Part shown: piece after piece, positions 12,701 through 26,209 of the stretch
Position numbering within the stretch: position 1 is the stretch's first letter
Layout: each line of letters opens with the position of its first letter
From: an uncultured virus (IMG/VR IMGVR_UViG_3300034684_000231)
Lineage: Duplodnaviria > Heunggongvirae > Uroviricota > Caudoviricetes
DNA: 64,000 nucleotides
Direction: 5' to 3' (one strand)
Virus record (IMG/VR): IMGVR_UViG_3300034684_000231
Notes under the pieces: generated by a model
What the model was told of the DNA's origin: nothing
Databases searched by the model: none
Seen by the model: only the letters and a program-made list of their open reading frames with translations
Program-made: the position numbers and the translations under genes

Positions 12701-14659
12701 ACCCGCGAGTTGAAGCTTACTGAGAGTGATGTTTGCAGTAAGCTCATTGTCTCCTCCTTGTAAATATAATACACGAAGAACCTAAGTCACACTTGGCATC
12801 TGGTTGTATGTAACATTGATAGAAGTAACTCCTTGCTAAATTTCTGTGCCATTTAAATACCAGAATATATTTTCTGTATCTATGATAGGTTGTTCTGTAT
12901 TGTTTTTAATGAACTTAACTGTAAAAGTTTTTGTTTCGTTCACATCCTATGTGGTATACACCACACCATTTGGCTAATCTATTGTTATGTATTGCGGTTG
13001 GTTTTCGGGCTCGGATATGATTGAAATTGGGACCGTTTTGCTAACTGTAATTTCTCCGTTTGTGTAAGTACATCTTACCTATAAGACATCGTTATAACCA
13101 TAATCAACAGTAACTGTTGCGGATAAGTCCTAATTTGTTGTTAAGTATGCACGAGGTATATTTGAAGTACTATTGATTAGCATTCCGTTGATTGTCTGGT
13201 TTGGTATGAGTTCCCATTGAATATTTTGCTGTTCTAAGTTTACAACGTTTCCCATTGAATCTTGTACAACAGGAATAAAGTTTAGTTGCTAACCAGCAGG
13301 GACCTATGTGCCATCAGAATAAAAGTATATAGAAGTGCCTTGTGGTGTTTCTATATCTAGCACATAACCATCATTAAGGTTATTTAATGTTACTTGCTAA
13401 ACGTGTGTTACATCAACAGCTTGTGCTTCTAAGATCTATGCTCCTTGGCTTGCTAAATCACTACGGTAAACAACAGCATAATATTTACCATCAATGTCTG
13501 TTGGTGTAATAGTTGTTGGAATATCATTTACTTTTAGTGTCCAAGTGACGTCGTTTGTTACATCTGTCACAATGCCCGGCTTTGTTAAATCAACCTTTTT
13601 CTATTTGAACTTAAGCTAAGTTTTTTTGCTTGAAAAGACTGTGCCATCAATTTGTTCAATTACTAATTGCTTTGTATAATTGTATGTTTTCTTTACATTT
13701 ACAATGTTTGAAACGAATTTGTTGTTAACAACACATCTTACCAACACATTATTTGATTGCGAAAAGATAGGTGCATTCACACCTATTGTTAATGTATCTG
13801 TTGTAGCACCTGTAACGTCATCTTTTGTGTCTGTTGGAGTATTATTATTTGTGTCTGTTATCGGTTGCCAACCATTGTTGTAGTATTCCCATTTGTATGA
13901 TGTGGATGTAATATTGTTCAGCTGCTATTTTAATTGAATTGTATCTGTGTTTACTTGCCCGTCTGTGAAAATGAATTCAGCCGGGCCATTAAAAGCATCT
14001 ATAAAGACAAATTGTGCTTTGCTGACGTCTGGAACTTCATATACTGGTATATTTACAGAATATGTTTGGCCCTAAACAATTGCATTTACTTTTATTGTAC
14101 CACTTGTAATAGTTGAAGGATCTATGGTTAATGTTGAACCTGTATATAAAGGGGTTACATCGTCGCCGTCATACCATTCAATTGTTGCTTGCTATGTAAC
14201 GTCTTGTCCTTTATAAATCAAAAACTAATTAATGGACTAAGTACCAGAAGAGCCCGCTGTATATACAATAGAACTTTTGTCAACAATTAGTGTTGGTTGT
14301 CCAGTAGAGTCAATTTTCTTGATAGTAACACCAGCGATTCCTATCTTAGTAGTTGCACCAACATTGTGTTCCCCTTTTACTACAAGATTTGTAGGCTACT
14401 GAGTCTAAGAAATAGAAATAGTTTTGTTCACATTGTCGATGGTACCAGAACCAGATACAATTGAAAAAATGGTGCTTGCAGTAACGTCTTCTCCGTTCAG
14501 ATATGCTTTTAAATCTGCAGTTATGCTACTTGGCGTATCCGTATTTAAAATCTAGTCGTGAAAAAATCCATCTTCTCCGTTTCTAAAATTTATTGTGATT
14601 TGCAAGTCTTTGAGTTTGTCAGTTAAGTCGTATACTACTATAGAATTTTTAGCGGGCAT
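9731..14659 (-). CDS. Large tail fibre/spike protein with repeated Ig-like segments and a C-terminal ADLAE-type chaperone-like domain, ~1642 aa
   Basis: SD GAGGTG, ATG at 14659. Fragments 12107-12499 and 11270-11815 are in frame. C-terminus FNGVAT*AYFADL*EYIWSNEKFEPGTPV...IVSTKPGFVMG...VPVALAGTVEV, TAA at 9731-9733. Confidence 0.75.
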
Positions 14660-14683
14660 TAATCTCACCTCACATTAGCATTA

Positions 14684-17365
14684 TTACTTCCAATCCTATT
14701 CGCATTCTATTTTTGCACAATCGTTGATCATACTTCTGTTTAATATAAGCTCTGGTTTATCTGCATATTCACTTATCTCTGTTTTTGTTCCTGATGTATC
14801 TACTATATACCAATGATATGTAAATTGATTGGTAGCTATAGTGTCATTAGAGTCACTCGTATTAATTTCTGTTCCACGTTGATAAATTCGCTATCTTATG
14901 GTTATACTCTACGTATCATCATCTAATATTGTGCCGTTTAACTAATCTAATTTAACCTCTATTTGATTAAGCGTAGATTCTATATCAGTAAATTTCTGCT
15001 TTGTAGTATTATCCAATGCGTCAAACTAGATAACACCGTTTCGGATTTCTATGTTACCATCAAATATGAATTTTCCGTTTTCCAATGAAAAAGATACGAG
15101 ATTTGTACCGTCCGATAATTTAAAATTATCTGCCTAAATTTCTATTGTGCCTGTATTTGTTGCATTAATGCCAAAACTGCCGGTTGTATCCCACCAGATC
15201 TTTCCTTTTGCTAAATATCCAGAGCCATCATTGTTAAAAACAATATGATATTGTCCTGTACCAGAATCATATCCGAGTTGCAAATCTCCATCTTTAATGT
15301 GAATCCCGGCACCGTCAATAGTAGTATTCCCGCCTGTAATACTTGCTTTCTACTAGTCTATTGTGCCAGATACAATCTAATCTCCGCTTATTTCAAATTT
15401 ATCTGAATTTGCAATTATCTTGCCATTTTGAACTGTAAGAGAAGTTGGGGCAGGCTGTCCTGTACCCTCATCAATCTATACAACACGGAGCTATATTTCG
15501 TCTGATAACTGTTGTATTTGAGATTGTGTTTGATTTTCTTGATTTACAACTGCGGTTGATATTTCATTTGCTGTTTGTGCTAACTAAGACTAAATTATAC
15601 TGCCTTGATCATATATTTCATATTTCTAATTAGCTGTATCGAATTTATCAAGAAGCATATTTGAATCAAGAGTAATAGTATCCATACTTACTGCAGAAAC
15701 TTTGTAATACCATACATATTTGTTATCAAAGATTTTAACAATCGAATTTACTGGAATGGTATCAAAATTTTCTCCCGTCTAGGTTATTTGTTTCGTGGCT
15801 GCAGAAATATTTGTTACTGCCCCAGTTTTAAGCGTAGTAAATGTTACTTTTTCAACCGTAGAAATGATGCTATCATAATTTTGAGATAATTGAGTTGCTA
15901 CAAATTGTGGCTAAGCATATATTGTATATGACACAGGTGTAATTGTTGGTGTGGATGTAAGAGTAATAGAATGGTTGCTTACAACATCTATCTTAACTGT
16001 TTCTTTGTTGCCACCCGCATCTTCGAAGATAACGATAAAAGTATTATCAATACCACGTTTGACAAAGTCTGGATCTATTAAATTGTCTATTAAAGTATTT
16101 CCAGAAATATAAACGTTTGCGCCGTCTATTGTTCTGGTAATTTCTGTTGAAAACAAAGCGGATACAGTGCTTTGGATACCAGTAGAAAGGGCATTTGTAG
16201 CTGTTGAATGGCCATATACTGGTGCTACTAAGTAGATTGTATCTCCTACCTATACAGTCGGATTAAGGTCATCAACGGTGACGGTTTTTGTACCATTATC
16301 TACAGATGTGATGTTGTATTCGTATACATAATTGTCGTGGACAACAACAGCAATAAATCCGGCTTGCTATTGTGATATGTCTACGTTATTAAGAGTTATC
16401 ACAGAACCAGAAACTGATTGTACTGTTGCTTGAATGCTTGTGGTACTATTTAATAGATTAACTTGCTATTCTGTGTTATTGATTTGCTGTTTAATTGTCT
16501 ATTCCTATTCGGAAAATGTCTGTGAAGAAATAGTAACTGGCGTCTATGTTGAAGTGTTTCCTGATGTGTCAACGACATATATATTTGCCTATACATTCGA
16601 AAATGTCTTTCCGACATATATATCCAAAATATTGTTTGTTGAAGTAAACTTGTATGTTTCGTCATCTAAATTAAAAGTTATATAACAGTAAGCAAAATCA
16701 TCTTCTGTAAAAGGCTAAAGTTCAATATGTGCGCCTAAATATCTAGGTTCGTTCTTTACAACAATAGCTGGTGATGGCGGAACAGTATCTCTTGCAGTCT
16801 ATGCTATATAAAAGCTATCTGAAAAACCAGAAACAGAGTTAAGGTGTTTTGCCCTCTATCTAATCCATATTGGAACATTGGGTACAACATCAATTGTTAC
16901 ATGAGTATCCATAGTATATATGGTTTTCTAATCCGAGAAGTCACCTTTGTATGAATATTGTATTTCATATACTGTATTTTGTGGTGTATTATTGGCCGGA
17001 GTAAGCGTAATATTTAACACCGACTTTTTTAATGTTGTATCGTACATAGAAGTTGCATTAATGGTTGGTGGATTTAACGAAGGTGATATATAGTCGTTTA
17101 CTATATCTTGGAAATTAATTGATAGATCTATAGGAATTGTAAGAGTAGGCACATTATACTGTGCCTTAATTTTTTGTATCTCTTGATACCATTTGTTGAA
17201 TTTAGATTGTCCAAGAAATGTTTTTAGCAAAGGAGTATATAAAGAACCAATATCAACATTTTTGGTGAAAGACACACTCTGCCCGTCTTGATCAACATAT
17301 GATACAACTAAATTAATTTTACCTAATGCTACAATTTGTCCGAGCAGAGTTAAAAGTTCGTTCAT
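14684..17365 (-). CDS. Tail/baseplate-associated fibre protein, ~893 aa
   Basis: SD GGTGGTGA, ATG at 17365 (MNELLTLLGQ). Fragments 16928-17452 and 15911-16156 are in frame, TAA at 14684-14686. Thr/Ser/Asn-rich and beta-like. Confidence 0.7.
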
Positions 17366-17439
17366 TAAATCACCACCCTGTATGCAGTTATGGTACACCG
17401 CGGATGATATATTAATAATGAAGGAAGTTACTATCTTCC

Positions 17440-17452
17440 TGTTAATTAACAA
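17440..17452. promoter_or_regulatory. Palindromic GTTAATTAAC in the divergent intergenic region (candidate bidirectional phage promoter)
   Basis: Variant of the TTGTTAATTCA motif found before three other transcription units. Sits between the divergent starts at 17365 (-) and 17487 (+). Confidence 0.4.
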
Positions 17453-17486
17453 CAGAATTCGAGATATTCAGAAAGGGAGTGGGATA

Positions 17487-17876
17487 ATGCCAAAGAATAC
17501 CTACACAATTTAGGAAGCATGCGCGGCTATTCGCAAACCGCCGATGTATATATGGCGTATTATTAATTATTTCCGTATTCCGTATGCAAAAGATGATAAA
17601 GGCAAAGTCTTAATTAATAAAACATACTTTGATTTTGTAGTTAGGCAACTAAGGCTTAAACGTTATGATAGCAAAGAACTTAAGAAAAAAGAAGTACCAC
17701 AAGAAATTCCTGTCGAATCTACAACAACCCAAGAAAACATATCTACTCAATCCAAAGAAGAATCTCAAAAAGAAGAAACAGCAAAAGAGGAGGTAAATAA
17801 TGGCAAAGAGACAAAGGCGAAAAGCAGTAAAACAAATCGTAATTCTAGATCGCGTGTCAAGAAAGCTAAATCTTGA
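17487..17876 (+). CDS. Putative HTH DNA-binding protein with charged low-complexity tail, 129 aa
   Basis: SD GGGAG, ATG at 17487. MPKNTYTI*EACAAIRKPPMYIWRII resembles an excisionase/MerR-like HTH start. Ends TGA at 17876. Confidence 0.55.
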
Positions 17877-18090
17877 TAAATAGGTTGTGGCTGCTATTCT
17901 TGGTGTTTATTGGGATGAAGTTATAGATTAGCTATTATTTGAAAAATCTGTATATACGGGCATAGGGAGGATTGATCTAATATGGAAAAAAGGATAGCCA
18001 TCACTAAGAATTCAAACTTCGGAGAATTCCAAACAGAAGCTCCGCAATCGGTAGCTAGAGTATCGGTTGCCGGATATAATGCAACCATAA
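17800..18090 (+). CDS. HU/IHF-like histone-like DNA-binding protein (divergent), 96 aa
   Basis: SD GGAGG, ATG at 17800. Reads KQIVILDRVSRKLNLDK*VVAAILGVYWDEVID*LLFEKSVYTGIGRIDL, matching the HU helix-helix-beta pattern. Has 4 TAG and ends TAA at 18088-18090. Confidence 0.55.
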
Positions 18091-18653
18091 AACTCTTCGG
18101 TGAAATTCCAGAACCTGATGATCCGTCTATCCTTGAAATAGTCGATACATTGGAGTCTTAGCAGTTTGAAAATATTGATGTAGTTATCAATACATTTGGA
18201 GGAAGTTGGGATACAGCAATTATGCTTCACTCTATGCTTAGGGCTATGCAGGCAACTACTTTTGTCAAAACTGTGGGAATTTCATCTGTTTACTCAGCCG
18301 GAATTATCATTTTTATGGCAGGACAAGAAAGACTAGCTTCTTACTATACCGATTTCTTGATTCACGTTACAAGAATTGCTATGCCTTATGAATCGTCTAC
18401 AAATTCTATGAATTATCTTAACAAACATCTTGGCACAGTCAAAAGAGTTATTAAAGATCTTTTTAGTGATTATCTAACAGAAGAAGAGATGAGATTAGTA
18501 ATAGATGCAAGCAGCGATTTGTATCTTAGTGAAATGGAAGCGCTTGAACGTGGAATTGTAACTCATGCCGGCTTTATCTATCCACAAAACTATTTATTAG
18601 CCGATCTTATGCCTGTGCAATAGAACTAGGGGGGAGAAACACATGGAAAATAA
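17982..18653 (+). CDS. ClpP-like (S14) serine protease, ~223 aa
   Basis: SD GGAGG, ATG at 17982. Motifs VVINTFGGS, VYSAGIIIFMAGQER (catalytic Ser), FLIH (catalytic His) and YLSEMEALERGIV. TAA at 18651-18653. Confidence 0.8.
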
Positions 18654-18939
18654 ATTGGAAGAACTAAAACAGCAAATATAGGAATTAAAAGAACAGCTTG
18701 AATCACTTATAAAAGATTACAAAACATTTTCTACACTAACAAACGAAACTATTACAAACATCATGCAATTCTTTATGCAATATGCAGCGCTTATAGAAGG
18801 AATCTATTCAGCACTTATTAGAGAAGGCATAATAGAAAAGAGACTTATTGATGAACTCGCAGAACAAATATATAAAGAGTTTATAGACAACATTGTTAAT
18901 ACAGCTCAAAATAGAGCAAAAGGAATGACAAAAGACTGA
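18643..18939 (+). CDS. Hypothetical coiled-coil protein, 98 aa
   Basis: SD GGGGAG, MENKLEELKQQI*ELKEQLESLI..., TGA at 18937-18939. Confidence 0.7.
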
Positions 18940-18955
18940 GAATATACATCATAAC

Positions 18956-18979
18956 AAGGTGCCATGTTAGGCACCTTTT
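18956..18979 (+). terminator. Intrinsic terminator
   Basis: AAGGTGCC-ATGTTA-GGCACCTT followed by TT, after the TGA at 18939. Confidence 0.6.
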
Positions 18980-18995
18980 ATAAGAGGTGATATAG

Positions 18996-19778
18996 ATGCA
19001 AGCATTCTTGCAAAAGCTTAATAACGTTGTGCAAGAGTATGTTGAAAATAACATACAAGATGAACAACTTGCTTTAAAGATACTTATATCTCACAAAAAT
19101 AGAACGCCGAATTCATTAAATATGTAGTATCTAAACAATAGGATGTCATTTGAAAAAGTGGCGTTTAACGAACACAATATATACTTTGATGTACAGTAGT
19201 TTGATACATTCGATGATGAAATATATATATCATATGTGCAAAACGCATTATATAAAACAGCAAGATATTTCTTACCATATGTCCAATCTCTTGCCGACAA
19301 ATTAAAAGAAGAATTCTACTTGCACGTTTGGTTTCCAATCAATTTTGATGAATCTGATGGAAGCACAAATGTGTTTGTGTATAAGTTAAATCAAAATTAG
19401 CCAATTACATCATTAACAATTGATGGCGAAGTAGTAAATTCCAATGATGGATATTACCAATTGAACGCAGGCACTCACACAATTATGCTTAATACTAACG
19501 AAGTAATTTTGGATTTATTTAATACCGCAATTATAAAAGATCACTTCTCGAATCTATATGTAGGAAACGGCTCGTCGATAGAAGTATATGTTCCAAAGCA
19601 GGCATAGATATATGCATTTACACAAAATACCTCTTTGTTAGAAATTAATCTTGGTGTTCAAGCTTACGTTCTAAACTATTTCTATTACTATGAAAGTAAT
19701 TACAATTAGGTTGTGTATTCCAATCACTTTTTAACTCCAATTGTGGCTCTTGAGCCACTTGGAGGTGTAAAAGCATGA
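18996..19778 (+). CDS. Hypothetical (probably structural) protein, ~260 aa
   Basis: SD GAGGTG, MQAFLQKLNN..., several TAG. TGA overlaps the next ATG (ATGA). Confidence 0.6.
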
Positions 19779-20590
19779 CAATAACAAACTTTGTGCCATC
19801 TGAATTGGATGCATAGTTTAAAGAATATTCAAACAGAATTTAGCAATTATACGAACAATATGAATCGATTTATGATAAAGTAAGCAAATTAAATGCACCA
19901 ACTTTATACTTCAAATTCGGAACAGAGGGAAAATAGTGCCTTACTAAATATATTGAACAACAGAAATCTTTGCTTGTACTTGACTTAAATGTACCAAACT
20001 TATAGACTGAATTCATTAGATCACTTTATGGTTTAACAAACACAAGAATTACAAGTGATAGTGATGTTTCTATATCATGTTAGTTTCTTGCTCACAAAGT
20101 AAATTTCGATAAGGCTATTCCTATTGTCAAAACATATGAAAGCGGCGTGCATAAAGCAATATGCAATAGGCCCAATACATTTTACGTTGTAAACGGAAAT
20201 CAGTTGACTGTTACTGTGAATAACAAAACATACATGGGTGAGGCTTTCGAATTTGTTACCATTCCAGAATTAGAAACAATTGTAGTAAGTAGCAACGAAG
20301 ATTTTGAAATATATTAGTACGAACTTGAAGAATATGGTGACACAGTTTCTGTATATTCAAATGCCGAAGGTTTTGTAGAATTTTCCTTTAAATCTTATAT
20401 TAATTAGCCTATCAAATTTTGGATTAATAGTGAATTACCAAAAATAGTAATTCCAACGGAAAATAATGTATATAAAGTTAAAACTGTAGTATCTCAAGGA
20501 GATACACTGAATTTTCAATTTGTTATTTCAAATCAAGAAGACAAGTAGTTTGACGGTATAATTCGTTGTATAAGGTGGTGGAACTTATGA
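19775..20590 (+). CDS. Hypothetical protein, ~271 aa
   Basis: SD GGAGGTG with ATGA overlaps at both ends. MTITNFVPSELDA*FKEYSNRI*QLY... Confidence 0.6.
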
Positions 20591-22404
20591 TAAATAAGCC
20601 GCATATTGCTGGCATATCGTTAACGCAGAATAAAGTATATGATGGTACAGTTTTGTCTGAAATTAATTAGTTTTTCTCAGAAGTAGATAGCCAATTGGAT
20701 ATTATAGAACGGCAACTTGAATTAGCTCAAATGTATAGCGATGCGTAGAATACAGCATTTCCATTTATGCGTCTGTGGGGGGTTCAATATTCTGATGGAA
20801 AGCTTGTAATAGACGAAACATATTTTAATGAAGCAACACAAAACATAGATTACAATCTAACACTTTCAAGCGGACAATACTCAATCACAAATTTAGCAAC
20901 CATACCATTGATGATATAGGTAGATATAGATGAAAATACCGGAGACTTTATCTATACAGATTCTAATAGTCAGACGCATACATTAAGTATTGACACAACT
21001 CAGGATTTACTGCCTTCATAGTACATTTTTATAGAACAAAATGCTACATTAACTTTGCCGTTAGGTATTACACAAAATGCTTTTACGGTTTATCTATAGA
21101 ACGTATTACCATTTTTTCAATTTGCATATACCGATTGGCACAAAGATACTATAAATACAACTGTGCCATTAATATTTAAATATTTTGTCACGACATCTGA
21201 TGGTGCAACAATTACACGTACAGAAAGCAGTACATTGCCTGCAAAAGTCTATACATTTGAAGACAAAACTATTGATTTATTTACTGCACCGAATACAACG
21301 GATAAAACTGTCGATTGGTAGAATTCATTAATTTTATAGAGTACAGCTGATGAAACAACTTCATATGGTAAGTACTTGTACACGGCTCAAGATGGCATTT
21401 TTACAAAGAAAACGTATATATACGATACAAACACAGGAGAAATTTCCGACGTATCAGATTAGGCTGGGGAAAGCTATAATGTAGTAAGACCATATAAGCA
21501 TATTACTGAATATGGCAATAAAGTAACTACAAAACTTAGACTAGAACACGCGTCGTTTGATGATCCTACCATTACGTTTATATCGTCATCGTCAAGCACT
21601 TATTTTTCTCTCGAACCAAAAACGCGTATTACAGATTCTGATATTACTGGGCTTGGTATTTCTGGTTAGTTCATTATTATATATGTTCTTAATAATACAG
21701 TTTACTAGGATTATTATGAAAACATTTAGGCTATGAATTCTTTCGTTGATTTACCAGAAAAACCTGATTACATGTGGGTTGTCGATGCCACATCATATTC
21801 CGGAATTTCACTTCCAGCTAACGGAAGACAAATAATTAATGTTACATATCCTTCAATATAGGTTATAGCACTCAATAATGGTAATACTCCTATTACTTTA
21901 ACTGGCAATAACATTGAAGAAGCAATGCTTGTCGGTGGCGCAAAACAAGATTTTGTTAAAGTGATAGTTTCCGATCCAACACAAAAACAACAGATTGTTT
22001 TAGAAAACCACAATGATACAGACGGAAGCGTTTGTTTATTCATTATTGAATACAAAACTGTGATAACGCCTGTTGTTGCTACAAACTACGGATATAAATA
22101 CAGTATTGAGCTTGTTGATCCAGATGATAATGTTCTTCCAACAAACAAAGAATGGTTATTTACAGAAAATAATATAAACAAAATCTTTGGTATCACGCAA
22201 TAGAAATTATCAGTTGTCGATTAGAGTTCTCACATTCGTGTTGATCATCAAATTCAAATTATACAAGAACCAACTGATGTTGATGCAAGTGGCAATTTCA
22301 AGTTTGTATTTGCAAAACGCATACATAAACTGATTGAATGTGTTTTACAAGCAAAAATAGGAGAGCTTTACTATACACCAATTGAAATCGGAAAAGTAAT
22401 ATAA
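20587..22404 (+). CDS. Hypothetical Thr/Ile-rich beta protein (probably baseplate/structural), ~605 aa
   Basis: ATGA overlap start, fragment 21925-22203 in frame, TAA at 22402-22404 followed by GGAGG. Confidence 0.6.
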
Positions 22405-22417
22405 GGAGGTAGATGCC

Positions 22418-22612
22418 ATGAATTATGAAGAGGAAATCACAAAACTCTATCAAGAAATAGCGGATTTAAAGAAATGGCTTTTGGATAATACCCCATCGTT
22501 GAACGAATTAGAATCATTAAATTAGAAGCTAACTTAGCAGATACAAAATTTAGCTCAGAAGATAATGGTGCTTGAGTAGAAAATAAGATTACTTGAATCA
22601 AAAATAAAATAA
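22418..22612 (+). CDS. Small coiled-coil protein, 64 aa
   Basis: SD GGAGG, MNYEEEITKLYQEIADLKKW...LE*KIRLLESKIK, TAA at 22610-22612. Confidence 0.65.
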
Positions 22613-22615
22613 TTA

Positions 22616-22637
22616 AAGCGGGCTTAAATGCCCGCTT
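22616..22637. terminator. Hairpin between convergent genes (bidirectional terminator candidate)
   Basis: AAGCGGGC-TTAAAT-GCCCGCTT between the stops at 22612 (+) and 22636 (-). Confidence 0.65.
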
Positions 22638-24603
22638 AGTTATTGTATATATACCTGATTTCTGTTTTGTCTGTTCTTGATACAAGTCCTATAATCCTTC
22701 CTGCCGATACGTTCCTGTCAATTAGTTTTTCAATCGTATATGTGTGAGCTTCAACTGGAGATGGCAGTACGGTTTTTGTGACATACAGTCTAGAATTGAT
22801 GTCTGTTATACTTAGCTATTCGTACAAATCTACCTTTGGATTTAGCCAATAATTTGGTTGAGTTGATGTTGCTTTGTAAACAAATTCATCTTCGATAACA
22901 AGATGTGTAAGGTAATACTTAACAGGTATAGTCCTTGTACCATCTAACAACACAAGCGGTTGCTCGATTGTGCCGTCTAAAGATACAGTAGCAACACGTT
23001 CGATTTGGTTATCATCTGCAATGCTTAATACAGTCTTGATTTCATTCTTTAATTCTGTGTCCGATGAAAATAGAGTTGTATAGTCGGTAATTTCTTCAAA
23101 TATCAGTTTATAATTTTGTGGTGTTAAAACGACATAATCAGCTGGTAAGGATGCAGGTGATAGAAGAGTTAGAATAGCATTATCTCCGTCTGCTGTGTAT
23201 GTAAAGTCAACTGGTATTGGATAGAGATAAGTCGGCATATACATACTTTTGCCAACGTTTTCAAGTTTGATTTTTACAAACAGTTCTCCAACGAATTCAA
23301 GATCTCCTCTTTCAACACTAAACAAATATGCAAGGCTATCTATATATGTCGGGGTAAGAAATACATCATCATATACAAAGTTATTAGAAATCGAGTTTGT
23401 AACAAAGTAGCTGTAATTGTTGTATTGTGTTTCAATAGATTCTTTTGGATTAATTAATTTGTTCTGCTATGTAGTAAACACGCGAATTAGATATGAATCA
23501 AGTTCATTTGAATCATTAAGCGGATCTGTAAGAGGTGTTCCGTTTTCTGTCTAATTTAAAATATTGATTCCATCAAATGGATGATTTACCTTAATTGTAT
23601 TGTTCGCTATATCTAATTGATATGATGCGTCAATTTTTTCAAATACAACAACTCCTTGTACATCATTTATGAGAAGTAGATTGCCAAGTATCTTAATACC
23701 TTGGATATCAATCGGATCATACTAAACTGGTGTGCTTTCAACGTCCTGTGTAAGAACGTTATACTTAACGAGCCACAGGTTGGTTTCTGTATTGTTTGCA
23801 AAGTTAATGAATTTGCTTGAAGGAGCTGCCGTTTTAATTAGCTAATAAATGTATTGCCCGTTGAAGTCTAGTCCGTAGAAGTCATCAACATTGTTCTATA
23901 CCTGCATTAGCTTGTACGACAAGCCAGTTTGTCCGCCGAATAAGTTGGCTTTTAATACTTTGCTGTCTAAATCTAACACAGGTTCAATCCACAGATCTTC
24001 TTCAATATCTATTTTTCCTTTAAGGTGTTTTATTGGTTTAATTGAATTGAACATATTGATGTTTGACTATGGAATAACACCGAATGGAATATACTAAGTT
24101 GTGCCAACTTTTACTTCAATATAGCCGTTGACATCACGTGATTTAATGTAAAAATACACTTTGTCTGGATAATTATTAAGATACGGAGCTAGAGTTTCAT
24201 CAACAACTGTAAATGTGCCTTCGTTTTGTTCTTTGATCACTTTATATAAATTTTTTAGCACAATTTCATCTATCTCATCGCCGATAGCCATTGCAAGGGT
24301 ATAAATGTTATTAAACTCTGTTGTGTTAATTAATCCGCTTATGTTTGTTAATATGTTTAAACCTGCTACAGAACCTGCGTGTTTTGTTGTATCAGGCAAG
24401 TGTTTGTCATCAATTGGCTATATTTTAAACTATGACACTTTCTAGTTATATTTTGCAAACACCAGCATTGGAGTTTGTATACTTGTAGGCTAATCCACTA
24501 ACACTTTTGTGCCGTCTGGCGTAATTCTATAATACTAAGTTGTTGTTTGTTCAGGTATATTCAGTGTATATTGGCCATTAGAAAGTTTTAAAAATACATT
24601 CAT
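22636..24603 (-). CDS. Baseplate-associated structural protein, ~655 aa
   Basis: SD GGGGTG, ATG at 24603. Fragments 24094-24399 and 22816-23325 are in frame. Follows baseplate J. Confidence 0.65.
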
Positions 24604-24616
24604 GATATGTCACCCC

Positions 24617-25807
24617 TTATATTGTGGTATACGTGACATTTAAGTTGTTCAATACTGGATATTGATCTTCTTTTATATCTATAGTAGATAATACGTTTCC
24701 AATCTAGTCTTTAACTTGCAATGAAGTAATTAATGCGGAAGGCCATACTGATGCAAACGCGCGTTTGATTTCTGATGTAATGTCAGCAACATCGAGGCTT
24801 TGCTCCGTTCCTATTTCAAGAGAATTGAGATAGTTAATAATTGTTGTTCTTAACGATTGTGTTATCGAATCTTCGCTGTCCTGTTCTGATGCATAGATTT
24901 CAATATTTACATCAATGTTTAGAACTATTTGCTCCGCATTCTTGAATAATATATCTACACCTAAAGGTAACTGTTGGCTTAAATTTTGTGCAACTTGTTC
25001 GGCTAATTGAATGTTTGTAATTAACATTTGATCTTCATTGTATATAGCAGAAATCTTTGGAAAGATAATAACATCGGCAGTCTATAAACCGCGGGCAAAA
25101 TTTTTTACTTTAACAAATCTGATATCATAAGTTGAGGAATAGACTGCGCTTTCAAGCCACGAGGTTGTTGGCCCGAACCTATTTTGTAATGCGGTTGCTA
25201 TTCTAAGCTTTAAGGCTTCGTCACTTTCATAGTTTACAAGCACATCTATTGTTTTTGTAGACTTTGCACTTAAATAATCATTTAAAATATCTGTGTCATA
25301 TGTAAACGTTAATTTTGTATCTTTTGGAACTAACACATTTGACACAGTGACTATTTCCTACGGAAGCACAATTGTTGACTATTCTAACGCTGTAAGGTTG
25401 CTATAATCAGGCAATGCCGCAAGTACAAGATCGTTGTATTGTACGTAAATTCTTGTTGGAAAATTGTCTTGGCTGCCATATACAGTTTGCAAAACAGTCA
25501 AAATACTTTGAGAAATATCATTAACAGATATGGAAATCTATGCAGGAATAACAAACCCTTCTTCAAATTGAGTGTTTGCAAGCCGTGCCATACCAACTAG
25601 TTCAGCTATTATGTCAAGTTCTTTATCATGCTATTCTAATAAGTCGTAATCTGGCTAATTTGTATATGTACCTTGTACAAGAAATTTTACTGTATCTATC
25701 TCGTTGCCAATCTATGTTAAGAGATGTCCTAATACAGAGTTAGGCATAATGCCCTAATATTTAGCATCAAGAGACTGTAGTCTGGATTTGAGAGCATTAA
25801 AACCCAT
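24617..25807 (-). CDS. Baseplate J-like wedge protein, 396 aa
   Basis: Motifs NSVLGHLLT*IGNEI...LE*HDKELDIIAELVGMARL, ESDEALKLRI, RGL*TADV, PLGV and IINYLNSLEIG. TAA at 24617-24619. Confidence 0.8.
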
Positions 25808-25812
25808 TCACA

Positions 25813-26208
25813 TCAACTCCTTTCGAGAGTTAAATCGATTTGTTTTGTGGCTAATAATTTGTTTTCTGTTTTCGAAGCAAAGGTTATTGTAAGCGTTGAA
25901 TTTTCTATTTTAATTGAAACATTAACATCTTGCATGCCTGGAATGTATTGAGACATGTACTGTCGTAAATATTGCTATAAGTATTCTGCAATATTTTCTG
26001 GATTTGAAACAGCAATTGCATTTGTTATAAAAGAAGAATTAAAGCCAAAACTTTGTTCGTGTATTATATCTCCTGGTTTTGTAGCGAGGTAGTGCATAAT
26101 TTCTTGCGCAATAAGATCAGCAAAAGTGACGATTTGTATGTCACTGTATAATGCATTATCTTGTCCGTATGATAATACTATATCTCCATTTGCAATTTTG
26201 ATATCCAT
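25813..26208 (-). CDS. gp25/GPW-like baseplate wedge protein, 131 aa
   Basis: MDIKIANGDIV...IAQEIMHYLATKPGDIIHEQSFG, directly upstream of baseplate J, TGA at 25813-25815. Confidence 0.7.
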
Positions 26209-26209
26209 A

